From Octopus sinensis (Eukaryota), in NCBI RefSeq assembly GCF_006345805.1, contig NC_043024.1, positions 5,952,001 through 6,016,000 of the forward strand: a stretch of 64,000 nt of DNA, written 5' to 3'. The notes beneath the pieces were generated by a model that searched no databases, had not been told where the DNA came from, and saw only the letters and a list, made by a program, of their open reading frames with translations. Position 1 is the stretch's first letter; every line of letters starts with the position of its first letter. The position numbers and the translations under genes are program-made. Below are positions 1-12,667 of the stretch, one piece after another.

Positions 1-570
1 GGAGAGTAGAATTGAGAGAGGAAGGTAGAAGGGCAAGAAGGATGGAGATGGGGAGAGGAGAGAGGAGGCAGAGAGAGAGAGAGGAATGAGCAAGGTAAAG
101 AGGTGAAGGAGGGAGAAGAGACAAAGAGAGGGAAGGAAAAAGAGAAAGAGGCAGGGGAGAGAGGGAGAAGTCATGTTGTGTGAGGGAAAGTGTGAGGGGG
201 AGTGTGGGTAGGGGAAAGAGGAAATGAGATGAGAAGGAAAAAAGGAAGATAAAGAGAGTATGAGAGAAAGAGAGAGCGTGTGCAGGAGGGAGGGGAGGGG
301 AAAGAGAGAGAAGAGAATGTGTGTGTGCAAGAATAGATTGGAAGAAAGAAGAAAAACAAAAGAGAGAAAGAGATGGAGAAAATGGAGAGAGAGAGAGAGA
401 GAGAGAGAATGTAGGTGGGCAGGAGGAGAGGGGAAAATAAATACAGATGAAGAGAGAGTGTGAGTGTGTGTGCAAGAGAGAGAGAGAGAGAGAAAGAAAG
501 AAAAGCAGAGAGAGAGAGAAAGAAAAGCAGAGAGAGAAAGAGAAGCAGAGAGAGAGAGAGAGAAAGAGAA

Positions 571-608
<38 letters not shown>

Positions 609-830
609 GCAGAGAGAGAGAGAGACAGACAGACAGAGAATGTAGGTGGGCAGGAGGAGAGGGGAAAAAAATAAACACAGATGAAGAGAGAGTGTGAGTG
701 TGTGTGCAAGAGAGAGAGAGAGAGAGAATGTGTGTGTGTTGAGGATAGTATTTAGTCTGCAGTTAGGAAATGGAGACCAATCAGAAAAGAAAAAGAAAGA
801 AAAAGAAGAAAAGAAAAACAACATTTAATT
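1..830. repeat. Polypurine (GA/GAA/GGA) low-complexity tract with an internal ~231-bp duplication
   Basis: Nearly pure A/G on +; AGAATGTAGGTGGGCAGGAGGAGAGGGGAAAA occurs at ~406 and ~637. Confidence 0.9.
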
Positions 831-1198
831 AATAGAGTTTTAATAAAATGTAATCAAAGAATAATAGAGTTTTATAGGAAAGTAGTTCCTGTGTTGTTAA
901 TTAAAGAGAGAACGGGATCTGGAAAGTGGAAGGTGGATTGTGCAGCATGAGGTATCAAAGCTGAGATCTCTCTTTAGACAATGGTAAAAGAGGAGAAGGA
1001 AGAGGGTGGGAAGAAATAACAAAGAAAGAGACGGAGGAGGAGGAGGGGACAAATGGGAGGGACAAAGCCTCACTCATTTGAAAATTATCAATCAATAAAA
1101 TCAGATTTGCTGGGGTTTTTTGTGGGGGTTTTTTCTCTTTTGTTTTTCAATTCAATTGTTTGATAGAAAACTGGCTTCCTCTCCCAACCCCTACCACA

Positions 1199-1256
1199 AC
1201 AATAATAATAATAATGATAATAATAATGATGATAATAATATATAATAATAATAATG

Positions 1257-1288
<32 letters not shown>

Positions 1289-1292
1289 CATG

Positions 1293-1324
<32 letters not shown>

Positions 1325-1430
1325 TAATAATATAATGATAATAATAAATAATAATAATAATAATAATAATAATAATCATGATAATAATAATAATAATAAT
1401 ATAATAATAATAATAATAATGATGATAATA

Positions 1431-1461
<31 letters not shown>

Positions 1462-1668
1462 ATGATAATAATAATAATAATAATAATAAATAATAATAAT
1501 AATAATGATAATAATAATGATGATAATAATAATAATAATAATAATATAATAATAATAATAATAATCATGATAATAATAATAATAATAATAATAATGATGA
1601 TAATAATAATAATGATAATAATAATAATAATAATAATAATGATAATAATAATGATGATAATAATAATA

Positions 1669-1712
<44 letters not shown>

Positions 1713-1715
1713 ATG

Positions 1716-1761
<46 letters not shown>

Positions 1762-1827
1762 TAATAATAATGATGATAATAATAATAATAATAATAATAA
1801 ATAATAATAATAATGATAATAATAATA

Positions 1828-1863
<36 letters not shown>

Positions 1864-1898
1864 TAATAATGATAATAATAATGATGATAATAATAATG

Positions 1899-1936
<38 letters not shown>
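1199..1936. repeat. (AAT)n trinucleotide microsatellite, ~740 bp, with GAT/CAT variants
   Basis: Continuous aat run, directly visible. Confidence 0.97.
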
Positions 1937-1939
<3 letters not shown>

Positions 1940-2235
1940 AAAAAAACCTGTAGACTGAGCTAATTCGAAGTGTTATCACGTACATTGTTTTGTCTTGGTA
2001 TGAGAGATGGGCTGCAGCAAATATTCTGCTCAATTCCACAGATTTGCTTGCCAGTTGTTTGACCTTAACCAGTTGATCATGTCCCTTAGTGGCTGACGAT
2101 ATGTGCATCTCTGATCACGAGCAGAAGTAGTGGGGGAGCATCATAGCCATGTGTTGAGAGGGATTCTTTGGGGTTTGAATAATTCACCTCTGGAAACATG
2201 GGTGTTTTGTTCATTATCTTTAAACAAACCTTATA
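1937..2235. mobile_element. Unclassified interspersed repeat family E, partial
   Basis: Near-identical to 22838-23130 and 23404-23700 (GATGGGCTGCAGCAAATATTCTGCTCAA...CACCTCTGGAAACATGGG). Confidence 0.85.
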
Positions 2236-2339
2236 TGATAATAATAATGATAATAATAATGATAATAATAATAATTATTATTATTATTACTAAAAAACCT
2301 GTAGACTAAGCTGATTGGAAGTGTTATCATTCATGCCTG

Positions 2340-2686
2340 ATCGTTACCAGCTTCACCTTACTGGCACTTGTGCTGGTGGCATGTGAAAAAAAGACATTTG
2401 AGCGAGGTTGTTGCCAGTGCCACTGGACTGGCTCCTGTGCAGGTGGCACATAAAAAACACCATTTGAGTATAGCTGTTGCCAGTACTGGCAGACTGGCCC
2501 TCATGCCGGTGGCACATAAAAGCAGCCACTACACTCTCAGAGTGGTTGGCATTAGGAAGGGCATCTAGCTGTAGAAACTATGCCAGGTCAGATTGGGGCC
2601 TGGTGCAGCCATCTGGTTCGCCAGTCCTCAGTCAAATCATCCAACCTATGCTAGCATGGAAAGTGAATGTTAAACGATGATGATGT
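2340..2686 (+). mobile_element. Non-LTR retroposon 3' portion (family D) ending in a (GAT)n tail
   Basis: TTAGGAAGGGCATC...CCAACC(C/T)ATGCTAGCATGGAAAG..GTTAAACGATGATGATG; related copies at 4820-4978, 8390-8560 (-), 9200-9410, 13085-13200. Confidence 0.75.
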
Positions 2687-2739
2687 ATGTATTGGTATGT
2701 ATTGCAAGAAACAGCTGGGTTTTTTTCTCTAACATTTTT

Positions 2740-3167
2740 CCATAGTTCAACCTACACAAGTTAATGTGTAAAAAATAAATTTGGAATTTTGAAAGAAGTT
2801 TCTATAAAACTAGATTTTAAACATGGAATGGCTTTGAGGGTTCACCAGAATAAAATAGTGGTAAAAGAGGGTCAATGCAAGCAAAATAGTAAACTGGGGA
2901 CCTACAGCAGTATTTTAAGGGTCCCTGAAAAAATTTCGCTTTTGGTGTATGTATTGGTTATGTATTGAAAGAAACAGCTGGGTTTCTTTCTCTGATATTT
3001 TACACAGTACAAAGTACACAAGTGAATGAGTGAGAAACAAAACAGGGATTTTGAAAGAAGTTTCTATAAAACTAGTTTTTAAGCATTGAATGGCTATAGC
3101 AGGGTCCACCAGAATAGAATAGTAATCAAAGGGGTCCATAGATAAAAAAAAAAAAATTATTGAGAAC
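2740..3167. mobile_element. Degenerate DNA-transposon-like repeat (GGGGTCCATAGATAAAAA / GGGTCCACCAGAATA family), locally duplicated
   Basis: Block TTTTGAAAGAAGTTTCTATAAAACTAG..GGGT(C/T)CACCAGAATA at ~2790, ~3050 and ~3625; related text at 13720-13900 and 33170-33290. Confidence 0.55.
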
Positions 3168-3578
3168 AGGCGCAGGAGTGGCTGTGTGGTAAGTAGCTTG
3201 TTACCAACCACATGGTTCCAGGTTCAGTCCCACTGTGTGGCACCTTCGGCAAGTGTTTTCTACTATAGCCTCAGGCCAACCAAAGCTTTGTGAGTGGATT
3301 TGGTAGATGGAAACTGAAAGAAGCCCGTCATACATATGTGTATATATATATATATGTGTGTGTGTGTATATGTTTGTGCGTCTGTGTTAGTCCCCCAACA
3401 TTGCTTGGCAACCGATGCTGATGTGTTTATGTCCCCGTAACTTAGCAGTTCGGTAAAAGGAGCCCGATAGAATAAGTACTAGGCTTACAATGGATAAGTC
3501 CTGGGGTCGATTTGCTCGACTAAAGGCGGTGCTCCAGCATGGCCGCAGTCAAATGACTGAAACAAGTAAAAGAGTAAA
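3168..3578 (+). mobile_element. tRNA-derived SINE family A, full length
   Basis: A-box TGGCTGTGTGG, B-box GGTTCAGTCCC, CORE-like GCACCTT(C/G)GGCAAGTGT, internal (TA)(TG) microsatellite, AAGTAAAAGAG tail. Confidence 0.92.
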
Positions 3579-4770
3579 ATAGTAGTACAAACTAAACAAG
3601 TTAATGTGTGAGAAACCAAATAGGGATTTTGAAATAAGTTACTATAAAACTAGTTTTTAAGCATTGAATGGCTATAGCAGGGTCCACCAGAATAAAATAC
3701 TAATTAAAGGGGTCCATAGATAAAAAAAAAATTATTGTGAACTCCTGACTTCGATGGAAGGAAGGCATGATGATGCATAGAAAATGGACAGGAACACAGA
3801 GTGGATTTTTAGCTGTGACTCACAGGTGGACACTTGACTGGTTCCACCATTACCTAGCTACATGGATGAAGATCAAGTCAGGAGTGACACACAGACATCT
3901 TCATCTTCCCATCCCTCCTCTCCTCCATCCCCAGTGAATGTATGAGTCAATGAAAGAGCCTCAATATGGTCACTTAACAGGACTAGAAATAGCAGCAAAA
4001 GTCTTCTACAAATCACATTACAAAAAAAAGGCATAGTACATTATATAATGTAGTCTTAGGTACATCATGCCTGAAAAACAAAAATTAAAAGAAAATGAAA
4101 CAGCAAAGACCGGACAGACAAGGATGGAATACCTACAATCAGAAGTCTACTTGATCAAGTCTGACCCGGGGCTAAACAATAACGCATCAGTCAACAAGAG
4201 CATCTCTGCATGGACACTCTTTCTGCTAGAAATACCAGCAAAGATCCCCTTCAGCTCACATTCAGCAATCTTACATTCAATGATGTAGTCCTAGACACTC
4301 ACCTCCCATGTAGATGAGATGGTCATGATTAGAGTGTCTTTAGTGATACTGTTGTTGTTGTTTAACCAGGGGTTAAACAAGGACAATATGGGAACTTTAG
4401 GAATAGCAATATGGATGGATATAAAGGGATTAGTCATAGGGTCCACCTCCCTTTCTTTCCCTTTCTGTATACACATATATACGTAAGTGCAAATGTGACT
4501 GTGGTAAGAGGCTTGTTTCTCAATGACATGGTTCCATGTTCAGTCCCACTGTGTGTGTGTGTCATTGTGTTTGTTTGTCCCCTGCCACCATTTGACAACC
4601 AGTGTTGGTATGTTTACATCCCTATAACTTAGCAGTTCAGCCAAAAAATATTGATAGAATAAAGCAGAAGGTTTAAAAACGAAGAATTAAGGTCGATTCA
4701 TTCAATTAAAAATTCTTAAAGGTAGTGCCCCAGCATAGCCACAGTCTAATGACTGAAACAAGCCCCAAAA

Positions 4771-4820
<50 letters not shown>

Positions 4821-5008
4821 CAGTGGCACATAAAAACACCTTTGGCGTTTGGAAGGGCATCCAGCCATAGAAAGCCATGCTAAATCAGACTGGAGCCTGG
4901 CGCAGCCTTCCAGCATGTCAGCCTAGTCAAACCGTCCAACCCATGCCAGCATGGACAACAGACGTTAAATGATGATGTGTATGTGTGTGTGTATGTATGT
5001 GTATACAT

Positions 5009-5226
5009 CAGTGCTTTTCAAACTTTTTGCTGGAGTGGAACCCCAAGGAAACATTCCACTGGCTCGAGGAACCCTTGTGCAATAATTTAATTGTCTTATG
5101 CACACATATCTGCACAGGAGAATTAAAATTACTGCCGATTTTAGCAGTTTTGTAACTTCTTGCGGAACCCCTGGACTGTACTGGCGGAACGCTAAGGTTC
5201 CGAGGAACCCTGGTTGAAAACCACTG
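5009..5226. mobile_element. hAT (Buster/Charlie-type) MITE
   Basis: TIRs CAGTGCTTTTCAA / TTGAAAACCACTG; 8-bp TSD GTATACAT/GTATATAT (1 mismatch). Confidence 0.9.
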
Positions 5227-5293
5227 GTATATATATGTATATGTGTGTGTGTGTGTGTGTATGAATATGTATGTGCATGTGTATATCTATCTA

Positions 5294-5339
<46 letters not shown>

Positions 5340-5342
<3 letters not shown>

Positions 5343-6000
5343 AGAGAGAGAGAGAGAGAGAGAGAGGGGGGTGAGAGAGAGAGAGCAAAATGAATGGATA
5401 GAGAAATGGATGGATATATATATTATAGACAGAGAGAGAGGGGTAGAGAGAGAGAAATAGAGAGAAGGAGAGAAAGAGAGAGAGAAGCGTGATGAGAAAG
5501 GTGCATCTGACATGCAAGTAAAAGCTGTGAGAATGAACGGTAAGGGAAGGGTGCTGCCCCTCCATCAGTGTTGGCAGATGGAATGGGGCCAAAAATGAGT
5601 GAATGTGTGTTGGTGGAAAGTAGGGGTGAGTTGGGGTGGGGGAAGGGGGTTGGGGTGGGGGAAAATGTGAGCAGGGATGTGGGGGTGGTGGAGGAGGGGG
5701 TATGAGGAAGAACACCACCATGAGGGAGGAGGAGGAGAGAGGAGTTAGGAGGAGGGGAAAGATGGAAGTGAAAGAAAAAGATGGAGATGGAAGGAGGAGG
5801 AGGAGGAGAAAAAAAGAGAAAAATAAAAGAAAGAAGGAAAGGAAAAAGGAGGAGGAAGAAGAAGAAAGGATAAGAAATAAGAAAAAAGAAAAGAAAGCAG
5901 AAAAAGGGAGAAGAAAAAAGAGAAGATAGAAAGAAGAGGGAAAAAATGAAGGAAAGGAAAAATAAGGTGAAGAGAGAAAGAAAGAGGGGGAAGAGGATTA
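5340..6000. repeat. Polypurine low-complexity tract
   Basis: GA/GGA/GAA-rich on +. Confidence 0.85.
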
Positions 6001-6548
6001 ATCTGGTGATGAGACTATTTTTGTTTTTCTTGTTTTTTTTTTTCAAATGGAGTCAGCTGGAAAAGTAATAAACAGCCCCTCCCCTCCAAATTAGTTCCAC
6101 ACACCCACACACAGACCCTGACATGCAGGGGCCAAGCAATTGGTGCAAGCAGCTGAGTGCAAACAGAGAAATGCTTGGAGGCAATTTATGAAATAACTGT
6201 AATGCCTCTTCAGTTGATATACAGGCTGAAGTGTGTGTGTGTGTGTGTGTGTATAGTGTGTGTGTGTGTCTGGTGTGTGTGTCTGGTGTGTGTGTGTGTA
6301 TGTATGTATGTGCGTGTATGGATGTATATGTGTGTGTATGGATGTATGTGGGTATATATGGATGTGTGTGTGTATATGGATGTGTGTGTGTGTTAATGGA
6401 TGTATGTGTGTTAATGGATGTATATGTGTGTATATGGATGCACGTGTATATAGATGTATATGTGCGTGTATGGATGTGAGTACATACGTACTTGCTTCTC
6501 AGTGTGTGCTTGTGTGTGTGTTACCTTACATCTGCATATACTTGACCA

Positions 6549-6927
6549 TGTGTGTGTGTGTGTCTTTATATCAGTCCGTGATCCCCTCTGTGTGTGTGTG
6601 TGTCTTTATATCAGTCCGTGATCCCCTCTGTGTGTGTGTGTGTCTTTATATCAGTCCGTGATCCCCTCTGTGTGTGTGTGTGTCTTTATATCAGTCCGTG
6701 ATCCCCTCTGTGTGTGTGTGTGTCTTTATATCAGTCCGTGATCCCCTCTGTGTGTGTGTGTGTCTTTATATCAGTCCGTGATCCCCTCTGTGTGTGTGTG
6801 TGTCTTTATATCAGTCCGTGATCCCCTCTGTGTGTGTGTGTGTCTTTATATCAGTCCGTGATCCCCTCTGTGTGTGTGTGTGTCTTTATATCAGTACGTG
6901 ATCCCCTCTGTGTGTGTGTGTGTCTTT
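6549..6927. repeat. 40-bp minisatellite, ~9.5 units
   Basis: Unit (TG)7TCTTTATATCAGTCCGTGATCCCCTC with exact 40-bp period; one substitution in the last full unit. Confidence 0.97.
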
Positions 6928-7283
6928 TAAATTAACATGTGCTTGCCTATTTTTTAAGAGTGTGCATGTGTTCATATATCTGCATGTACTTGCTTCTGTG
7001 TGTGTATGTGTGTGTGCGTGTGTCCCCTAATATCTACAGTTGTTTGCCTCTATGCGTGTGTGTTGCCTGGGCTTGCCTCTCCCTGTATGTGTGTATAGAG
7101 GGGGTTATGTTGGGGAGGGCTAATGTAAAGCATCCCTTTTTTTCCAGTCTCCATAAAAATGAGACCCCAGACACAGAAGTAGTTTTAATTGCTACATACC
7201 CCACAACACTTTACATACTCGGGTACAGGGTATAACTAGGATATATACATACATATATATATATAATATATATATATATATAT

Positions 7284-7449
7284 AGGCATAGGAGTGGCTG
7301 TGTGGTAAGTACCTTGCTTATGAACCACATGGTTCCGGGTTCAGTCCTACTGCGTGGCACCTTGGGCAAGTGTCTTCTACTATAGCCTCGGGCCGACCAA
7401 AGCCTTGTGAGTGGATTTGGTGGACGGAAACTGAAAGAAGCCCGTCGTA

Positions 7450-7547
<98 letters not shown>

Positions 7548-7763
7548 GTTTGTGTGTCTGTGCTTGTTCCCCCGGCATCACTTGACAACCGATGCTGGTG
7601 TGTTTACGTCCCCGTTACTTAGCAGTTCGGCAAAAGAGACCGATAGAATAAGTACTAGGCTTACAAAGAATAAGTCCTGGGGTCGATTTGCTAGACTAAA
7701 AAAAAAAAGGCGGTGCTCCAGCATGGCCACAATCAAATGACTGAAAAGAGTAAAAGAGTAAGA
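7284..7763 (+). mobile_element. SINE family A, full length, with expanded internal (TA)n
   Basis: A/B boxes, CORE-like block, ~100-bp internal microsatellite, tail. Confidence 0.93.
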
Positions 7764-8635
7764 GTATAATCACACTGTATTTTAGGGTAATGCCAGTGGG
7801 TACCTGGAGAGAAATAGCTAATGGAAAATTGTTGTGTATTTTAAGGGAGTCATGTTATAAAATACAGGTTTGTATTTCAAATTTAATAAACAATAAAGTA
7901 TGTGTACAATTGCACAAACACACACACATATATATAAACACACGCAAAGACCCATGCATACATATATCTTACATATATGCACAAATGCACACACACACAC
8001 ACACATATATACACATAAATACATGTATATACATTTACACATGTACACACATATATAGATACGTGTAAACACACATAAACATACTCACATACATACATAA
8101 ACATGTGCACACACATACATATATATATATATATACACACACATATATATATATATACACACACATACGTACACACATATACATGCACATACATATACAT
8201 ACACACACATACATATACATACATACACACACACACATACATATACATACATACACACACACACGGGGGGTTGTGAAACTTCAGTCGACTAAATGACTCC
8301 GAAATAAACAAATGAGACACTCTGCTAATTAGTTAATTAATATTTGTACTTCCTCATCTATTTTGTATGCTTTTTCTTACATGTATCATCATCATCACCA
8401 TTTAACGTCCACCTTCCATGCTGGCATGGGTGGGACGGTTTGACAGGAGCCGGCCAGGCAGAAGCCTCCTGCACCAGACTTCTGCGACTGTTTTGGCAGG
8501 ATCTTTACTGCTGGACGCCCTTCCAAGTGCCCAGCATATCACAGTGTGGACTGGATTAGATTCAATTAATTTTGGCTCTGCCTCATTGTATTGAGCACTC
8601 TCTCTCTCTTTCACTCACACAATATATGTATGATA

Positions 8636-9000
8636 GATGCAGGTGTGGCTGAGTGGTAAGTAGTTTGCTTCCCAACCACAATGATCTGGGTTCAATCCCA
8701 CTGCATGGCAACTTGGGGAAGTGTCTCCAACTATAGCTTAGGCCAGACCAAAGTCTTCTGAGCAGTTTCGGTAAATGGAAATTGAAAGAAGCTCATTGTA
8801 TGTATGTGTGTGTGTGTCTGTCCCCTACAACTGGGGTTTCACAACCAGTATTGGTGTTTACATCACCATAACTTAGTTTGACAAAAAGAGATGGATAGGA
8901 TAAATACCAGGCTTTAAAAAACAAGTCCTGGTGTTGATTTATTAGATTAAAACCCCAGCATGGCCACAGTCTAGTCAAATGATTGAAATAAGTAAAAAAT
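8636..9000 (+). mobile_element. SINE family A, diverged
   Basis: Head GGTGTGGCTGAGTGGTAAG, GGTTCAATCCC, degenerate 3' half. Confidence 0.8.
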
Positions 9001-9666
9001 AAATGCACAAATCATTTTAACACATTTATTTTTTACAGAATTCCTGATAATATTTAATTGGAAAAAAGATTTTTTTTAAAGCATCAAATGGCTGTGAGGA
9101 TCCAGTGGAGTAGACCAAGAATCAAAGGTAAAGAAGGGTTGAGAACAACTATTCTCACCTCTTATGATGTGGTACAAAACTACTTCTTCAATACTCTTAT
9201 GTCTTGCATGTCACTTGGTGACCTCACTGATGCTGGTGCCATGTAAAAAGCACCCAGTACATTCTATAAAGTGATTGGTGTTAGGAAGGACATCAAGCTG
9301 TAGAAACGATGTAAAATCAACCAGGTAGAGCTTAGCACAGTCTGCTAATTTGCCAGTTACAGTTGAACAGTCCAACCCATACCTGCACGGAAGACAGATG
9401 TTAAATTTTCTACAGCTGGGTACCCTTGCTGTCATAAACCCTCACCTGTTGTCATGCAAAATTACAATTTCCCCATGGACAGACATGTTTTTCACAGAAG
9501 AATGGAAACAAACAAGATGTTTTGTATGAGAGAGCCATTTAAAATTATGATAGTAGAGCAGAAAACATTCACCCTGGGTGTTGTGCAATGGGATGGAACC
9601 AGAAACTATGCAATTGGGAACAAAATTTCTTAACCACACAGCCACGCCTTCTAAAACACTCACACA

Positions 9667-9724
<58 letters not shown>

Positions 9725-9859
9725 GTATTTGTAATGGTATGTGCGTTAATAGACTCAGACTGAAAATATTTTCAAGTTTTGCCAGTTTGGATGTGCCAGT
9801 ATGTGTGGGCGGGGGGAGGGGTCAGCTTAAATTCTCAGAGGTAGATTAACTAAATAAAT

Positions 9860-10380
9860 GGGTGAGTGGGAGTGTGTGTGGGTGAGAGGGAGAGAGGGTG
9901 ACAGGTGGGGGGAGAGAGAGAGATGAGAAGAGAGGTGGGGAGGAGATGAGTGAGGAGGAGAGAGGTGGGAGAGAGAGGTGAGATAGAGAAGTGGGAGAGA
10001 GAGGTAGGAAGGAGAGAGAGGTGGGAGTGGGAGAGAGAGGTGGGAGAGAGAGAAGTGGGAGAGATGAGGGGGAGGAAGAAGGGAGAGGGGGGGTGGGGGA
10101 AGAGAGGTGGGGTGAAAGAGAAGTTGGGGATGGAGAGAGAGTGTGGAGAGAGGTAACGAGGGGAAAGGTGGGGGAGGGAGAGAATGTGGGGAGAGAGGTG
10201 AGGGAAGGGGAGGGCGGGGAGTGAGAGAGAGAGGTGGGGGAGAGGGAAGAGGAAGAAAACTGGAATGAATGAATGAATGAATGAGAGAGAAAGACATGGA
10301 ATGAAGAATAGTAAATGGGAAAGAAATATTGAGAATGAAAGAGTGAAGGAGAAGAAAGGAGAGAAAGGGATTGAGAGTAA
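9860..10380. repeat. Polypurine G/A-rich low-complexity tract
   Basis: GGGAGAGAGAGGT-like degenerate units. Confidence 0.85.
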
Positions 10381-10634
10381 GAAGTATGTCTCATGTGACC
10401 CACTTCTCAAAAATGGTTACCCATGCCCGCTGTAAGGTTACTCAGCCTGCTAAAAATAGCAACCAAATCTCCTTCAACTGTAACATTACCTCATTAAAAA
10501 AAAAACCAAAATGAAATCTGCATTCAACAATGTACGGTCAACTTGAATATACAGAAAGTCAGGAGGGCCACATTTGGAATGTTTTTAATCATAGGTCAGC
10601 TGGGTTTAGACTGACCCTGGGTTTAAAAAAAAAC

Positions 10635-11039
10635 AGGTATAGGAGTGGCTGTGTGGTAAATAGCTTGCTTACGAACCACATGGTTCTTGGTTCAGTCCCA
10701 CTGCGTGGCACCTTGGGCAAGTGTCTTCTACTATAGCCTCGGGCCGACCAATGCCTTGTGAGTGGATTTGGTAGACGGAAACTGAAAGAATCCCTTCGTA
10801 TATGTGTATATATGTGTGTGTGTGTGTGTGTGTGTTGTCCCCCCCAACATCGCTTGACAACTGATGCTCGTGTGTTTACGTCCTCGTAACTTAGCGGTTC
10901 GGCAAAAGAGACCAATAGAATAAGTACTAGGCTTACAAAGAATAAGTCCTGGGATCGATTTGCTTGACTAAAGGTGGTGCTCCAGCATGGCCACAGTCAA
11001 ATAACTGAAACAAGTAAAAGAGTGAAAGAGAGTAAAGAG
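10635..11039 (+). mobile_element. SINE family A, full length
   Basis: Full consensus match. Confidence 0.92.
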
Positions 11040-11069
11040 AAATACCATCAATAATGCCAGCATCAAAAT

Positions 11070-11245
11070 CCTTATGTGGTGTCTCGGTCTGCTAAAAATA
11101 GCAGCCAAATCTACTTCAAATTACGTACCGATGTGTTAAGAAATATAATGGACTAATTTAACATTAGGGAGGATCACGTTTAGAATGTCTCTGATCATAA
11201 GACTGCTGGATCTAGGTAGACCTGGGGCTAAAGAGAAACAGCAAC
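11070..11245. mobile_element. Unclassified repeat family F (CTGCTA(G/A)AAATAGCAGCCAAATCT...GACCTGGGGCTAAA)
   Basis: Motifs recur at ~3980, 4225, 10450, 22160, 28130, 31140(-), 40030(-), 53490, 57610(-), 58960, 60870(-). Confidence 0.65.
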
Positions 11246-11435
11246 ACTGCCAATGGCAAGCCTATCAACACCGTTACCACAACTGAGGATTTTGGGTTGA
11301 CTTGCTCAGAAATGTTCAAGAAATGATTGCAGCTGAAATGGTTCGACTGAAAACTGGGTCATATGATCTTGCCAAGACCTGGTGCCTTTATGCTTACATC
11401 TAATGGTCATTACTAAGATATTACGACCAGCTTTC

Positions 11436-11831
11436 TCTCTTTTACTTGTTTCAGTCATTTGACTGCGGCCATGCTGGAGCACCGCCTTTAATCGACCAAC
11501 TCGACCCCGGGACTTATTCTTTTGTAAGCCCAGTACTTATTCTATCGGTCTCTTTTGCCGAACCGCCACGTAACGGGGACATAAACACACCAGCATCGGT
11601 TGTCAAGCAATGCTATGGGGACAAACACAGACACACAAACACACACATGCATATATATATACATATATACGACGGGCTTCTTTCAGTTTCCGTCTACCAA
11701 ATCCACTCACAAGGCTTTGGTCGGCCCGAGGCTATAGAAGACATTTGCCCAAGGTACCACGCAGTGGGACTGAACCCGGAACCATGTGGTTGGTAAACAA
11801 GCTACTAACCACACAGCCGTTCCTGCGCCTA
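11436..11831 (-). mobile_element. SINE family A, full length (subfamily shared with 51706 and 55755)
   Basis: Reverse-complement consensus match. Confidence 0.93.
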
Positions 11832-12040
11832 TGCTAACAAGCATACTAACAAGTAATACATACTAAGCTTTCAATAACTGTTTGAGATGTCTATGTAGTC
11901 GCAAGCAAACAAGCTATTTCTTGGGCTCAGGACCCTCGACCTTGTTGTGATGAGGGAGAGTGGGGAGTAAGAGAGGGGGAGAAGAGATAAGGAAAAGAGA
12001 GAGGGGGTAAGTGTAACCAGTACTCAACACTGGTACAACC

Positions 12041-12170
12041 CATCAGTGCCCAACCTGTGGCAGAACCTTCCAAGCACACGTTGGACTGATTGGCCACAGC
12101 TAGACACACTGTGTTCTGTTTTCTCCCATGCGATGTCCTGGGTCCTCATCCACAACAACACATGAACTAA
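12041..12170 (+). pseudogene. RTE-clade LINE ORF2 C-terminal C2H2 zinc-finger remnant
   Basis: Translates HQCPTCGRTFQAHVGLIGHS*TH, matching the RTE ORF2 end motif CPxCxRxFxAxIGLxSHxRTH, followed by TGGGTCCTCATC 3'UTR-like text. Confidence 0.75.
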
Positions 12171-12667
12171 TGACAGGCTGGAGCAACAGCAAAGGAAGTC
12201 CCTTGTACAAGAACACAGCACACCACCCAGATCAAGAATTGAACCTCCGACATTAATACAATGAGCTGGGCACTCCAAACCACAAAGCCACGAGCCTTCA
12301 TGATACTGACATTTAACAGCAGACATTAACCAGCAGCTTAACTGTCAAATTGCAGGTATGGCTGCCGACCTCTCACATTTCAGACTGCTTTCTCTCTTGT
12401 AACCTTATAATTACCCTTTTAGTGGTTATCACTTAGTACTTCTACATACACACTCGTGCTCACACATACATACATGCACATACACAGACGTACACACACG
12501 TAGGCACACATACACACACTCACAAATACTTACACACGCACACATATGTATTTTATTAACAGCTGACGCTTCTTGATTTGTAAGTATAATGGTTCACATT
12601 TCTGATTATTCAAACAACTTATAAATGTGGTTGGTAAACAAGATACTTACCATACAGCCACTCCTGT

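Noticed and set aside
3168-3260. tRNA genes
   Set aside because: tRNA-like A/B boxes are SINE heads with no complete cloverleaf.
4295-4312. Perfect minus-strand donor AG|GTGAGT
   Set aside because: Lies within a degenerate family F repeat, with no credible acceptor.
6549-6927. CRISPR-like array
   Set aside because: Identical spacers and eukaryotic context; a minisatellite.
9436-9452. Perfect donor CAG|GTGAGG on -
   Set aside because: Part of a dispersed repeat also at ~21700 and ~43310.
11610-11837. Recurring 'RRASFSFRLPNPLTRLWSARGYSRRHLPKVPRSGTEPGTMW' ORFs
   Set aside because: Antisense translation of the SINE A head, repeated at every copy.
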